From IMG/VR virus record IMGVR_UViG_3300030397_000609, positions 1 through 44,154 of that record: a stretch of DNA of 44,154 bases; one strand, 5' to 3'. The notes under the pieces are model-generated. The model saw only the letters and a list, made by a program, of their open reading frames with translations, was not told the origin of the DNA and did not search any database. The position numbers were made by a program, and so were the translations under genes. Positions 35,694 through 44,154 of this stretch are shown piece by piece. Origin of the DNA: a virus (lineage: Duplodnaviria; Caudoviricetes). The first letter of the stretch is position 1. Each line of letters begins with the position of its first letter.

Positions 35694-37919
35694 ATGGCGT
35701 TTTTAGACGATTTTGCAGCCTGGAAGACATATTTCAATAACGAATGGCCGACGACCAATAATATCCCCCATATGTCGTCTACCTACCAAACGAACATTGA
35801 GCTTGGCAGGGAATATTCATTTCGTGGGCCATGCTGGTTCCTGTTTAACATCGTTCGGTCAATGGAGTCTACGAAGGATACCTTCTGGGCCGACCACGGC
35901 AAAAATATCATAGATCGTATGCTGTCACGGAGAGATGACCGTTCGGAGATCCTGGGAGAATGGAATCCTGCCGCACAGCAGGATGACTATACGGGGTATA
36001 TGTCTGGCCCCAGGTACTACCTGAATGGTCAGCCAGGGGACAATACCGCGGCGAAGGTGTGGCACAGGGTGGAAAGGGCAGGATCGTCGGGGGTTGGGCA
36101 ACGGGCGCTTATCCTTGATAACGGCATTATCCTAAATAGCATCATGCAGTGGGTAGATGCCGTTCTGACCTATTCTGAGTTTTCCTCTTACGTGCAGTAT
36201 ACGTCGGCCTTTATGGATGATGTGCAGGAAGTGGTGGATGAGTTTCATCGCGCCAACTACAGTTCATACCGATATAATTTCAATGGCACAGGGGCTATAA
36301 ACGGCAACATTACGGGGGCATATTACTGGGAGGCGCCCAACGGATCGGGACTGCAAAATGGACAGCCTGAGATAAACCAGCAGAACCAGTTTTTGTGTGC
36401 CCAGCTTTTGCTATATAAATACCGTCCACAAAATAACCCTGACGCGGTAAATCGCATCACGCAGTGGATCAACCACTGGAAGAACCGCTGGGTTATCATT
36501 ATGTCTGGCGGCAATGAATGTTATTCCTGGCCCTATTCAATGACCAGCCTGACGCAATCGGGCGGGTCGTCGCATGTTATTAGCAATGCCACATCCATAA
36601 CGGGTGTGGGGCCATATACATATGATGCCGAAGATTTGGGTCATGCGGTGCTGACGGTTATGCTGCCGTACTACTGCAACAGAGAGGGTATCGGCGGCGT
36701 CAGCGATACGGATATGCACAGATTCGCCAATACCGCTGCCAACCTGATGCACATAAGCTCTGGCGTCATGTCGTCCACAGTGAGTGCTGGCGGGTCTACG
36801 AGCCACAATGATACGAATGACTATGGCTATGGTGCCTTCACTCTTCTGACGGGGTTCGATGCCGCTATAGCGACCAACAATCGTGCCGTGTGGAACGCCA
36901 AGCATCCCTCTTCCAACGAGAATCTGTTCCATAAAGAAGTGTTTAACGCGGGGCACATGCTGTATGGGGAGAACCTCCCATCGGCACCTGCCCCTGATAC
37001 GACAGCTCCTACGGTTACTATAACTTCTCCAACAGAGGGGCAAGAATTTGATACCGATCCTGCTATTACGGCAACGGGTACGGCGGCAGATACGGGGTCG
37101 GGTGTCAACCTGGTGCAGGTGAGGGTAAACGGTGGCGCATGGGCAAACGCAACAACTTCTGATAGCTGGGCTACCTGGTCTGCCAACATTACAATCCAGA
37201 ATAACGCCAACACCGTTGAGGCACGATCACAGGATGTAGCGGGGAATTTCTCCACCATCGCCCTTGTTAATTGCACCTTTACCCCGCCTGATACTACTGC
37301 GCCTACTGTGACGATTACCTCTCCCGCTAACCTGGCAACGCTACAGACGGCTATGCCCACGGTAACGGGTACGGCGGCAGATGCGGACTCAGGTGTGGGT
37401 CAGGTGGAGGTGCGGGTAGACAACACGGGCAATGGCAATAACGGGCCGTGGAACCCTGTGGACTCAGGCACAACCTCCTGGTCTTATGTGGCAACGCTGG
37501 CATTGGGTGACAACACGATCAAAGCGCGTTCGCAGGATGTGGCAGGAAATTATTCTAACGTCAGCTTTGTTGATGTAACGGTAGATCCTGAGATAGATGC
37601 GAACGATCCTGTGGTGGTCATCACTGGGCCCGCTAATGCCTCCACAATCCGAACGAACAGGATCCTGCTTCAGGGGACGGCATCAGATGTGGGATCGGGT
37701 GTTCAGGAGGTGGAGTTCAGAACGCAGCGCAATGGTGGGGAGTGGGAGGACTGGGGGACGGCTGATGGGACGACCTCATGGAGCAAGACACTGAAACTGC
37801 TGAACGGATCGTATAAGATCCAGGTGCGAGCGACTGATGCAAACGGCAACGTGTCTGTTGTACAGGAGATAGACATCACAGCGGCATTTACATACAGTGC
37901 ACGATTGAGGGTACGATGA
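35694..37919 (+). CDS. Virion protein: helical, possibly carbohydrate-active N-domain plus three bacterial Ig-like domains
   Basis: Three DTTAPTVTITSP...GTAAD..SGV..VEVR..W...ARSQDVAGN-type repeats; aromatic-rich N-domain with EDLGHA. Confidence 0.7.
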   Translation: MAFLDDFAAWKTYFNNEWPTTNNIPHMSSTYQTNIELGREYSFRGPCWFLFNIVRSMESTKDTFWADHGKNIIDRMLSRRDDRSEILGEWNPAAQQDDYTGYMSGPRYYLNGQPGDNTAAKVWHRVERAGSSGVGQRALILDNGIILNSIMQWVDAVLTYSEFSSYVQYTSAFMDDVQEVVDEFHRANYSSYRYNFNGTGAINGNITGAYYWEAPNGSGLQNGQPEINQQNQFLCAQLLLYKYRPQNNPDAVNRITQWINHWKNRWVIIMSGGNECYSWPYSMTSLTQSGGSSHVISNATSITGVGPYTYDAEDLGHAVLTVMLPYYCNREGIGGVSDTDMHRFANTAANLMHISSGVMSSTVSAGGSTSHNDTNDYGYGAFTLLTGFDAAIATNNRAVWNAKHPSSNENLFHKEVFNAGHMLYGENLPSAPAPDTTAPTVTITSPTEGQEFDTDPAITATGTAADTGSGVNLVQVRVNGGAWANATTSDSWATWSANITIQNNANTVEARSQDVAGNFSTIALVNCTFTPPDTTAPTVTITSPANLATLQTAMPTVTGTAADADSGVGQVEVRVDNTGNGNNGPWNPVDSGTTSWSYVATLALGDNTIKARSQDVAGNYSNVSFVDVTVDPEIDANDPVVVITGPANASTIRTNRILLQGTASDVGSGVQEVEFRTQRNGGEWEDWGTADGTTSWSKTLKLLNGSYKIQVRATDANGNVSVVQEIDITAAFTYSARLRVR

Positions 37920-39112
37920 GCAATAGCTATTTACTAAGCCGTAGGCGCAGCTCGTCCACTCTTTTGGCGGGTGGGCCACCTGTGTTCCAAACGCTGATAG
38001 CCAACCCCAATGGAGAGGGGAACGACATCCTGGCTGCCCAGCATAACAAAGCTGTGGAGTCTCCTGGTGCCAACGCCAAATTAGGATGGACGATAGAAAT
38101 ATCATCTGACAGCGGTTCTACATGGCGCACGATAGATCTGACATCGGCAACGGTGACTACCAGCGGCAACCTCGTAAAGTTCGATCTCGGTGGTTTAAAT
38201 CGCAGTAGCATCATCACGTCCCATTCGTTCAAGGTGTCCTACAGCTCTGTCACGGGTGACATTCGCTCTGTAACGTCCCAGGAAGACCTGGCGACATTTT
38301 CTGACGATGAGACGTATGAGAACAACTCTACCGCCGATCTTATGTCGGATATTGAAGATTGGTATAAATTTGAAGAGGGGGCAGGGACAACCCGTACCCC
38401 TGAGATCAACGGAGCCTCCTACAACCTGACGGATGTAAGCACCGTAGGGATTCGCACTGGTGCCTCTGGCAGCGGTAACGCCGCATCGTTTACGGGTGCC
38501 AACTACCTGCATAAAAATGCGTTGTTCGATCCCCCTTCTAACGGCAAGTTTACTGTTGCCTATTATATGATTCTGGATACGCTCCCATCTGTAAAGGCAT
38601 CGGGGTCGGGCTACCCTGTTTGCAGGTGGAGGAACACCAATGCCAGATCGTGGTCGTCTCTCATCCCTGAAACGACCAGCGGAGTGGAACAGGCTGACAC
38701 ATTGTATTTTGCAGGGCAGAACAGCAATGATGTAGGGTTCGCCCAGCATTTCAAAAATAAGGGTGCATTATCAACAGCACAGTGGTACCTTATAATAGGC
38801 GTGTATGATCCCGATGCGTCTATACCTTTGATTGGATATCTGCAGGAGCTAAACACCCCTGCCAGTTTTGTGGTGGAAGATGACAACTACATCGCTCCGT
38901 CTTCGGGTACTCCCCAGGCAAAGCAGTCCACAGGAACGTGTGATTTACAGGTAGGGGACGTGGCGAGCATCGGTGTCCATCAGGGGTTTGCAGGTGGCGT
39001 CGATACGCTTATAAAATGGGACAGGGCTTTAACAGAGGTGGAGGCACGGGCGCTGGCAGAATACTATGGTGAGCCAGATTCCGCTGACGCATTTATCGTG
39101 GATACTTTATAA
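37916..39112 (+). CDS. LamG/concanavalin-like receptor-binding protein
   Basis: WYKFEEG...GNAASFTG...WYLIIGVYD...FAGGVD..WDRALT. Confidence 0.75.
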   Translation: MSNSYLLSRRRSSSTLLAGGPPVFQTLIANPNGEGNDILAAQHNKAVESPGANAKLGWTIEISSDSGSTWRTIDLTSATVTTSGNLVKFDLGGLNRSSIITSHSFKVSYSSVTGDIRSVTSQEDLATFSDDETYENNSTADLMSDIEDWYKFEEGAGTTRTPEINGASYNLTDVSTVGIRTGASGSGNAASFTGANYLHKNALFDPPSNGKFTVAYYMILDTLPSVKASGSGYPVCRWRNTNARSWSSLIPETTSGVEQADTLYFAGQNSNDVGFAQHFKNKGALSTAQWYLIIGVYDPDASIPLIGYLQELNTPASFVVEDDNYIAPSSGTPQAKQSTGTCDLQVGDVASIGVHQGFAGGVDTLIKWDRALTEVEARALAEYYGEPDSADAFIVDTL

Positions 39113-39384
39113 TGGCACGTCTAAACGATGCACAGAAAGCACTACGCCTTACCGCTCTTAACACGCATGTGCCGCCACAGGCCGCAGTGGGTGGCAGAGC
39201 TGTTGTAAGGCCGTCAGGTGAGCGGAAGGTGCGTAGTGGCGAGATATACGGCGAGAGGGTGTTCCATGAGGCCACAGATCGGATAGTACGATATATCGTA
39301 GTACGCAATGGCGAGGATGTGGATGAATACAATGAAGAAGACGGCTGGTACCACTATACGATGACCCAGGCGAGGGGCTTCTAA
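39112..39384 (+). CDS. Hypothetical protein
   Basis: Coupled ORF. Confidence 0.55.
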   Translation: MARLNDAQKALRLTALNTHVPPQAAVGGRAVVRPSGERKVRSGEIYGERVFHEATDRIVRYIVVRNGEDVDEYNEEDGWYHYTMTQARGF

Positions 39385-39536
39385 TGGATTTTTCATGGAC
39401 AGTTTTATGGCCGCATTTTATCATCATGCTCGTCATATTCGGCGTGGAATGTGTTATGTTGTATGCTGTATGGGGGCTGTATCGGGAGTTTATAGATTTT
39501 CGGAGGGATCTCGAAAAATACAGTAAGGATTTATAA
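39384..39536 (+). CDS. Small membrane protein
   Basis: 50-aa ORF with one hydrophobic segment, TAATG-coupled at both ends. Confidence 0.5.
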   Translation: MDFSWTVLWPHFIIMLVIFGVECVMLYAVWGLYREFIDFRRDLEKYSKDL

Positions 39537-39886
39537 TGGGTGATTGGCCTGCTGTACTATCATCTGTCATATCGTTTTTGTCTATCGTTGCCGTTGGCCT
39601 TATAAGCGTGTTATACCGCAATCTCATATCTGATCACAGGAATATGCTCGAAGATATGAAAATCATGCAGAGAGACGTCACCACCTTAAATAGCGATATG
39701 AAACGAGCACAGAAAGACATTGATCTTTTGGAGATGGATCAGAAGCATATGGCAACGATAGAGGGGCGCTTAGACAACCTTGTATATCGCATAGATCGGC
39801 ATGGCAATGATATTCTGGCCGTCAACGAGAGGCTTAACCAATATATCCGACTTAACGGTGGTAAGCAACCACCAGGGACGTCGTAA
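39536..39886 (+). CDS. Membrane-anchored coiled-coil protein (lysis-associated?)
   Basis: N-terminal transmembrane segment plus heptad coiled coil. Confidence 0.6.
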   Translation: MGDWPAVLSSVISFLSIVAVGLISVLYRNLISDHRNMLEDMKIMQRDVTTLNSDMKRAQKDIDLLEMDQKHMATIEGRLDNLVYRIDRHGNDILAVNERLNQYIRLNGGKQPPGTS

Positions 39887-40230
39887 TGGTTGGACTGTCC
39901 GTAGGTTTTTTGGGACTCATTGTACACAGTCTATTATCAATAGACCAGGCGCGGCGCAAGCTCAAGAAACAGCGCAAGCGTTACACGCCCATCAACTACC
40001 TGGAAGAGCATGGGTATGCAGTAGGCGCCGCGGTTTTATTGCTGATCATCACCTACTTCTGCTGTATCAACCATGTACAAGGCATATTGGAAGGATGGTT
40101 GCCGTTAAATCTGTCTACGATGCTCCATGAGGCAGAGAATTACAGACCTCTGTGGTTTCTGTGGGGCGTGGCCCTACCCGTGGGCACTAAATGGATTATG
40201 ACCTACCTTGAAACAAAAGGACATGTATGA
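39886..40230 (+). CDS. Multi-TM membrane protein (holin-like)
   Basis: Three hydrophobic segments. Confidence 0.5.
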   Translation: MVGLSVGFLGLIVHSLLSIDQARRKLKKQRKRYTPINYLEEHGYAVGAAVLLLIITYFCCINHVQGILEGWLPLNLSTMLHEAENYRPLWFLWGVALPVGTKWIMTYLETKGHV

Positions 40231-40312
40231 TGTTTGACCATATGACGGTGCTGTTTATCTTCACGCTGGGTGTAGGATTGGGGTATTACTGGCGATACTG
40301 GAGTACCAAGAG

Positions 40313-40762
40313 GTGAGCTGGCTGTCAGGACTGCTACGGCCCGATAAGCTGATAGGACAGATCGGTACTATTATTGACGATCTGCGTACTACCGATGATG
40401 AAAAGAACGCTGCCAAGCTCGCAATGGAGCAGCTCATACAGCAGCGTGAGGCCCAGGTGGAAGAAACGATACGGGCTGAGCTGGGTGCTAAAGAGCGGGT
40501 GATGGTCGCGGAGTTGCAGCAGGGTGACAACTATACTAAACGCGCCAGACCCACGGTAGTATACGCAGGTCTGGCGTTTATACTGTTCAACTATGTCCTG
40601 CCCAATTACCTGCCGATAGAGAAGGCAGTGGATCTACCTGCGGAGTTCTGGATCGCCTGGGGCGGCATCGTGGCGACATATAGCATCGGCAGGTCTATGG
40701 AGAAACGTGGTGTAAGAAATCAGGTCGTGCAGGGCATAACAGGTTCTAAGTTGCTTGATTAG
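40313..40762 (+). CDS. Holin (3TM, GTA-holin-like family)
   Basis: IDDLRTTDDEK...AELQQGDNYTKRARPTV...Y.IGRSMEK. Confidence 0.8.
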   Translation: MSWLSGLLRPDKLIGQIGTIIDDLRTTDDEKNAAKLAMEQLIQQREAQVEETIRAELGAKERVMVAELQQGDNYTKRARPTVVYAGLAFILFNYVLPNYLPIEKAVDLPAEFWIAWGGIVATYSIGRSMEKRGVRNQVVQGITGSKLLD

Positions 40763-40814
40763 ATCCCTCCTGGGCGGGTTCACAGGCCGCTCTTTCCCTC
40801 CTCACTTCCCTCAT

Positions 40815-40852
40815 GCCCCGTCTGTACTCTGCCCACAGACGGGGCTATTTTA
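40815..40852. terminator. Terminator hairpin between convergent operons
   Basis: GCCCCGTCTGT-loop-ACAGACGGGGC-TATTTT. Confidence 0.75.
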
Positions 40853-41041
40853 TTACTTCTTCTTGCGCTGCCGTTTTGCTACGCGGCTTTTGTTTTTAGA
40901 TCCAATATCCTTAACAACGCGCACAGGATAGGGCTTGCCGCCTCTTGCAACACGAAACGTGACGGTATCACCTTTGTTCGGGCCTTGCGTCAACTTCTTA
41001 GTGAACGTGCTACCTGGCTTTTTCTTCATCTTCTTTTTCAT
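40853..41041 (-). CDS. Small Lys-rich protein
   Basis: 62 aa, highly basic; AGGAG SD. Confidence 0.6.
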   Translation of the reverse strand: MKKKMKKKPGSTFTKKLTQGPNKGDTVTFRVARGGKPYPVRVVKDIGSKNKSRVAKRQRKKK

Positions 41042-41050
41042 GACAATCTC

Positions 41051-41800
41051 CTATAGAGAACAAACGCGGCATTTGCCACGCTCAGTTGCATACTCATCAA
41101 ATAGTGTGAGTTGGTGCCGCAGACTTTTTGATCTCGATGGGACATCACCACCTTCAAATCGTTGTCGTAGTTCTGTAAGTGAGGCAGGCCAGCTATCACT
41201 GGTTTCACTGCGGAACGTATGGCCTGCCGCTACTTCCTGCTGTTCGGCTTCGGCATATCGTTCTGGGGTGTACGACCACAGGTTCCACCACTCACCGAGC
41301 TGCTGTGCATAGCAGCGCAGACAGTCTGTGCGATACGGTATGGTGACACCCTTTTCTACAAGGTAGTCTTTGACGTCCTGGATGCCCCATCCCCATTCGC
41401 GCAGTGGAAACCGCTGCTCAACGCCTTCGATATGTCCATAGACACCGCCTTCTCGCTGCTCTTCATCGGCACGCAGTCCCACGTATATGGTACATGGCAG
41501 GTTCTGCAATAAGAACCGCTGGAATGGCTCTATTTTGAGGATGCGGGTGCACCACCTCATCCGATGGTTCGGAAGAGCATTATACCGCTTGATAAGCCCG
41601 TTTAATGATACGCCGCTTGTCACGGGCAATATCTTCTTACCCAACATGTCCGACAGTTTATTCCAATGTTCTATCATCTCATCCGGCTCATCACCTGTAG
41701 GGTTACACACATAAATATAGTCTTCCCCAGTCGTTTCTGCAAGTCTCAATGCCATAGCCGTTGAATCCTTCCCCCCCGACAAAGCTATAATATGAGTCAT
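41051..41800 (-). CDS. PAPS-reductase-family (PP-loop) protein
   Basis: SGGKDS, RWCT..LKI.P, GLRADE..R, FPL..W, C..C. Confidence 0.85.
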   Translation of the reverse strand: MTHIIALSGGKDSTAMALRLAETTGEDYIYVCNPTGDEPDEMIEHWNKLSDMLGKKILPVTSGVSLNGLIKRYNALPNHRMRWCTRILKIEPFQRFLLQNLPCTIYVGLRADEEQREGGVYGHIEGVEQRFPLREWGWGIQDVKDYLVEKGVTIPYRTDCLRCYAQQLGEWWNLWSYTPERYAEAEQQEVAAGHTFRSETSDSWPASLTELRQRFEGGDVPSRSKSLRHQLTLFDEYATERGKCRVCSL

Positions 41801-41815
41801 AAGATCCTCCATTGG

Positions 41816-42070
41816 CTATTTTTGTAGCCGATCTGATAACCTGTCGCATACGGCCTCTGCTATGCGGTTGATACTGTTGTCAGAGAGAATGACGTATCCA
41901 TAGGCATCTACATTGATGTCTTTTAATTCGATCCTGCCAGATGGATTGACAGTTGTCTTTTTACAGTCGTTGCATATCTGTCTGTACCGTACCTTTTTAT
42001 AAGTCTCCGCGTTAGCATATGAGCTTATAAATTTCTGGCACTCCCGACAATACTCTTCTACTTTCCCCAT
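41816..42070 (-). CDS. Zinc-finger hypothetical protein
   Basis: CREC...CNDC. Confidence 0.6.
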   Translation of the reverse strand: MGKVEEYCRECQKFISSYANAETYKKVRYRQICNDCKKTTVNPSGRIELKDINVDAYGYVILSDNSINRIAEAVCDRLSDRLQK

Positions 42071-42384
42071 ATTTTCCACCTTTTCAGTAATGGCCTTAGC
42101 GTATACCATCCCCACAGGTGCAGCGGCGACCTGTAGTTAGGCTCCCACGTCCTGCGCCAATGCTGGTACAGGTCGTCAGCGTAAGCGTACCACCCTATCG
42201 CCCACCACAGTATGATCCATGCTTTGACATACCACGGGCCAAACAGAGGTACCAGAAACAGTAAAACGCCCCAGGCATGTTCAAACCTGCCGCCTGGCAT
42301 CCTTGCCAAACGACCTCCCAGGTTTAGGTAGAACATGCCCAGGGCGATGATAACAATGTGGAGTTGCAACACCCACATTACCAT
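42058..42384 (-). CDS. Membrane hypothetical protein
   Basis: Hydrophobic segments; EH..G...DD..QH...SPLH. Confidence 0.55.
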   Translation of the reverse strand: MVMWVLQLHIVIIALGMFYLNLGGRLARMPGGRFEHAWGVLLFLVPLFGPWYVKAWIILWWAIGWYAYADDLYQHWRRTWEPNYRSPLHLWGWYTLRPLLKRWKIWGK

Positions 42385-42485
42385 AGCTGCTGCCCCGTGA
42401 TCTGGTAGTACACCATCGTTATGAGGCCCAGCACGAATATGAGTACGGTGGCGCCCAGAATGAAATATGTGCCCTTGCTCTTCAT
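42378..42485 (-). CDS. Small membrane peptide
   Basis: 35 aa, GGAGG SD, one hydrophobic segment. Confidence 0.45.
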   Translation of the reverse strand: MKSKGTYFILGATVLIFVLGLITMVYYQITGQQLW

Positions 42486-42736
42486 GGCACCTCCTCAATC
42501 CATTCACGGGGTATCCAGTAATTTACCCCGTCTTCACCGTTTTTAACTCTAACCATTAACTGGTTTGTTGTATCGACAATAAGATCGTCAATACAAGAGT
42601 TGAACCTGTAGCGCTTTATTTTAGGCTTAAACTTGGTGCCACACCACGGACAATGGGTAATTGTGCATTCTGAATTTCCTTCAATGCGGTCAATTAAAGA
42701 TAGGTCTAATCTGTTACAACATCGGTCGATAATCAT
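42482..42736 (-). CDS. Zinc-ribbon protein (paralog of 7795..8022)
   Basis: CC...HCPWCGT...YWIPREWIEEVP. Confidence 0.65.
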   Translation of the reverse strand: MIIDRCCNRLDLSLIDRIEGNSECTITHCPWCGTKFKPKIKRYRFNSCIDDLIVDTTNQLMVRVKNGEDGVNYWIPREWIEEVP

Positions 42737-43365
42737 ACGTCGATCTCCGCGAACTCATCTGCGGCCCGTACACGGGCGTCCATCTCTTCGATCCAGAGGG
42801 AGTTGAGCCGCAGGTACGCCGCGTTGCTGTTAGTGGTGGCAAAGCCGTATTTCGATGCCATAGCAGGGGAGATGCCCAACCTTTCCAGGCCGTGGAAAAA
42901 CTCCCCGTATAGCTGCCCCATCATGCACGTGAGGGTGGAAGATACGTTGAAGAACCGTCTGTTGATCTTCTTGTACCAGCGGGGATACCTGTCGTCGAGC
43001 AGCCGCGCTCCCTTCTGCACCTGGCTCTGCATCGTCGCGTAGGCTTTGTCGTCAATCCTATTCCAGCCCCCTCCCAAACCTGCTGTTGTGGTATCCCATG
43101 CGGCGGCTATAGTAGACAGGTCTGCCGCTTGGAAAGACGGGGGGTGCATACCTGATGCTGTTGACACGTTGATCCCTGAATTGACGATAATCTCTTCCTG
43201 CTGCTGACGGGAACGGTAATCAAAAAGTTGTGACTGATGGTTCATCTCGGGTTGTTCCATTTCCCTCAGCAGCATTTCCGACTGTGCCTCTTCCTGCCTT
43301 CGCTGTTGATTCCGATAATGTTCCTGTATAACTGACTCATGTCCCAAAATGTTTACGTATGCCAT
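42733..43365 (-). CDS. Hypothetical protein
   Basis: AGGAG SD; Q/E-rich N-terminus and globular C-terminal domain. Confidence 0.6.
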   Translation of the reverse strand: MAYVNILGHESVIQEHYRNQQRRQEEAQSEMLLREMEQPEMNHQSQLFDYRSRQQQEEIIVNSGINVSTASGMHPPSFQAADLSTIAAAWDTTTAGLGGGWNRIDDKAYATMQSQVQKGARLLDDRYPRWYKKINRRFFNVSSTLTCMMGQLYGEFFHGLERLGISPAMASKYGFATTNSNAAYLRLNSLWIEEMDARVRAADEFAEIDV

Positions 43366-43366
43366 G

Positions 43367-43762
43367 CTATTCTCCTTCCAGTTCAAAATGTGGTAAATCG
43401 TGGAAATTTTGATCTGTAAAATCATTGTCGCCATCCCAATCGGCCCCGCACCGAATCGGTATACCAAGCTGTATTGCGGTGGCTTTTACGAATCCCACGA
43501 AGTGATAAAACCTGTTCATGTCATTCCAGTCAATAGGGTACGGCACCACATCGACTGCCTTTGACGGATGCTGGTTGTGCTTCGATTGTCCCGCCCGTAG
43601 CTTGGACTTGCCAGAATGGAACAGCTTTTCCTGTTCCTTGTTTGTTCTGTACCCTTCGATCACCGAGCAGTCATAAAATATTATGACCTCGTTGAAGAGG
43701 CGTTGCAGCCTGGTGTCTGCCTCGGCTAAGTTCTTGGCACTTCTGGTTCCAAATTTAGGCAC
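43367..43762 (-). CDS. Endolysin, peptidase M15 (L-Ala-D-Glu peptidase type)
   Basis: EGYRT..EQ...SKH...AVDVVP...GADWD...DLPHFEL; the GTG start overlaps the Ro60 TAG. Confidence 0.9.
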   Translation of the reverse strand: MPKFGTRSAKNLAEADTRLQRLFNEVIIFYDCSVIEGYRTNKEQEKLFHSGKSKLRAGQSKHNQHPSKAVDVVPYPIDWNDMNRFYHFVGFVKATAIQLGIPIRCGADWDGDNDFTDQNFHDLPHFELEGE

Positions 43763-44154
43763 TACAACCTCATGGCTTTTACTGCGTTGACCATTGCCCC
43801 TCTGTCGGATTCGAGCATCTTCATGATCTCGAACACCTGCTCCGACAGTCCTGCAAGGCAAAATACGTTCCGCTCAGGGAACTGTAGCGTACCATAACCC
43901 TCCATATCAAACGAATACACCATCGGATCGGCTCCATATTGCATCCTGTAGTCCCTGAACGCTACAGTGGGCGTATGTGTCCCGATCCATCCCTGCATAT
44001 CCGAAAGGATGATGATACGATCGTAGGCCAGACTCATCTCCTGAAATATAGCATGGAAGTTGGTGCCACCTGCCGTGACATTTTCCATCATGTAGCTCAC
44101 GATGCCCATCATGCTCATAGACGTTTGGTAGCCTCTGTACCTGGCATGATTTGA
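43762..44154 (-). CDS. rsr: Ro60/TROVE protein, C-terminal vWA part
   Basis: GGTNF...DRIIILSDMQGW...YSFDMEGYGTLQFP are typical of the bacterial TROVE C-terminus; in frame with 1184 via the overlap. Confidence 0.92.
   Translation of the reverse strand, partial: SNHARYRGYQTSMSMMGIVSYMMENVTAGGTNFHAIFQEMSLAYDRIIILSDMQGWIGTHTPTVAFRDYRMQYGADPMVYSFDMEGYGTLQFPERNVFCLAGLSEQVFEIMKMLESDRGAMVNAVKAMRL
44017..44154. repeat. Terminal overlap copy 2 (circular assembly)
   Basis: Direct repeat of 12-149; it falls inside the Ro60 CDS. Confidence 0.95.

Overview
This looks like an essentially complete, circularly permuted dsDNA phage genome of about 44.0 kb with podovirus-like structural genes. Positions 12-149 repeat at 44017-44154, and the first 17 nt are a random-amplification primer. 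Layout: (1) A leftward operon from a consensus sigma70 promoter at 2932-2960 encodes a SWIM-finger protein, an SSB-like protein, two tandem 85-nt pseudoknot-forming RNA units, two small ORFs, a tRNA-mimic YrlA-type Y RNA, a second short Y RNA and a full-length Ro60/TROVE protein. The Ro60 gene spans the contig junction and is missed by the ORF track. Its stop overlaps an M15 endolysin start, and a PAPS-reductase-family gene lies further downstream. (2) A rightward Cro-like/replication-initiator module carries an iteron origin and nucleases. (3) An early cassette at 8.6-12.2 kb (DUF932, GP88-like, RHH) has GGGGG ribosome-binding sites, almost no GGAG, and lies between two related non-coding regions sharing a 24-bp palindrome and a 13-bp motif. 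(4) Packaging, head, tail and ejection genes follow, with an HNH nuclease, a C5 methyltransferase followed by a textbook pseudoknot, several LamG/Ig receptor-binding proteins and holin-like genes. No integrase, DNA polymerase or CRISPR array was seen. All calls are from motif recognition by eye, with no database searches.
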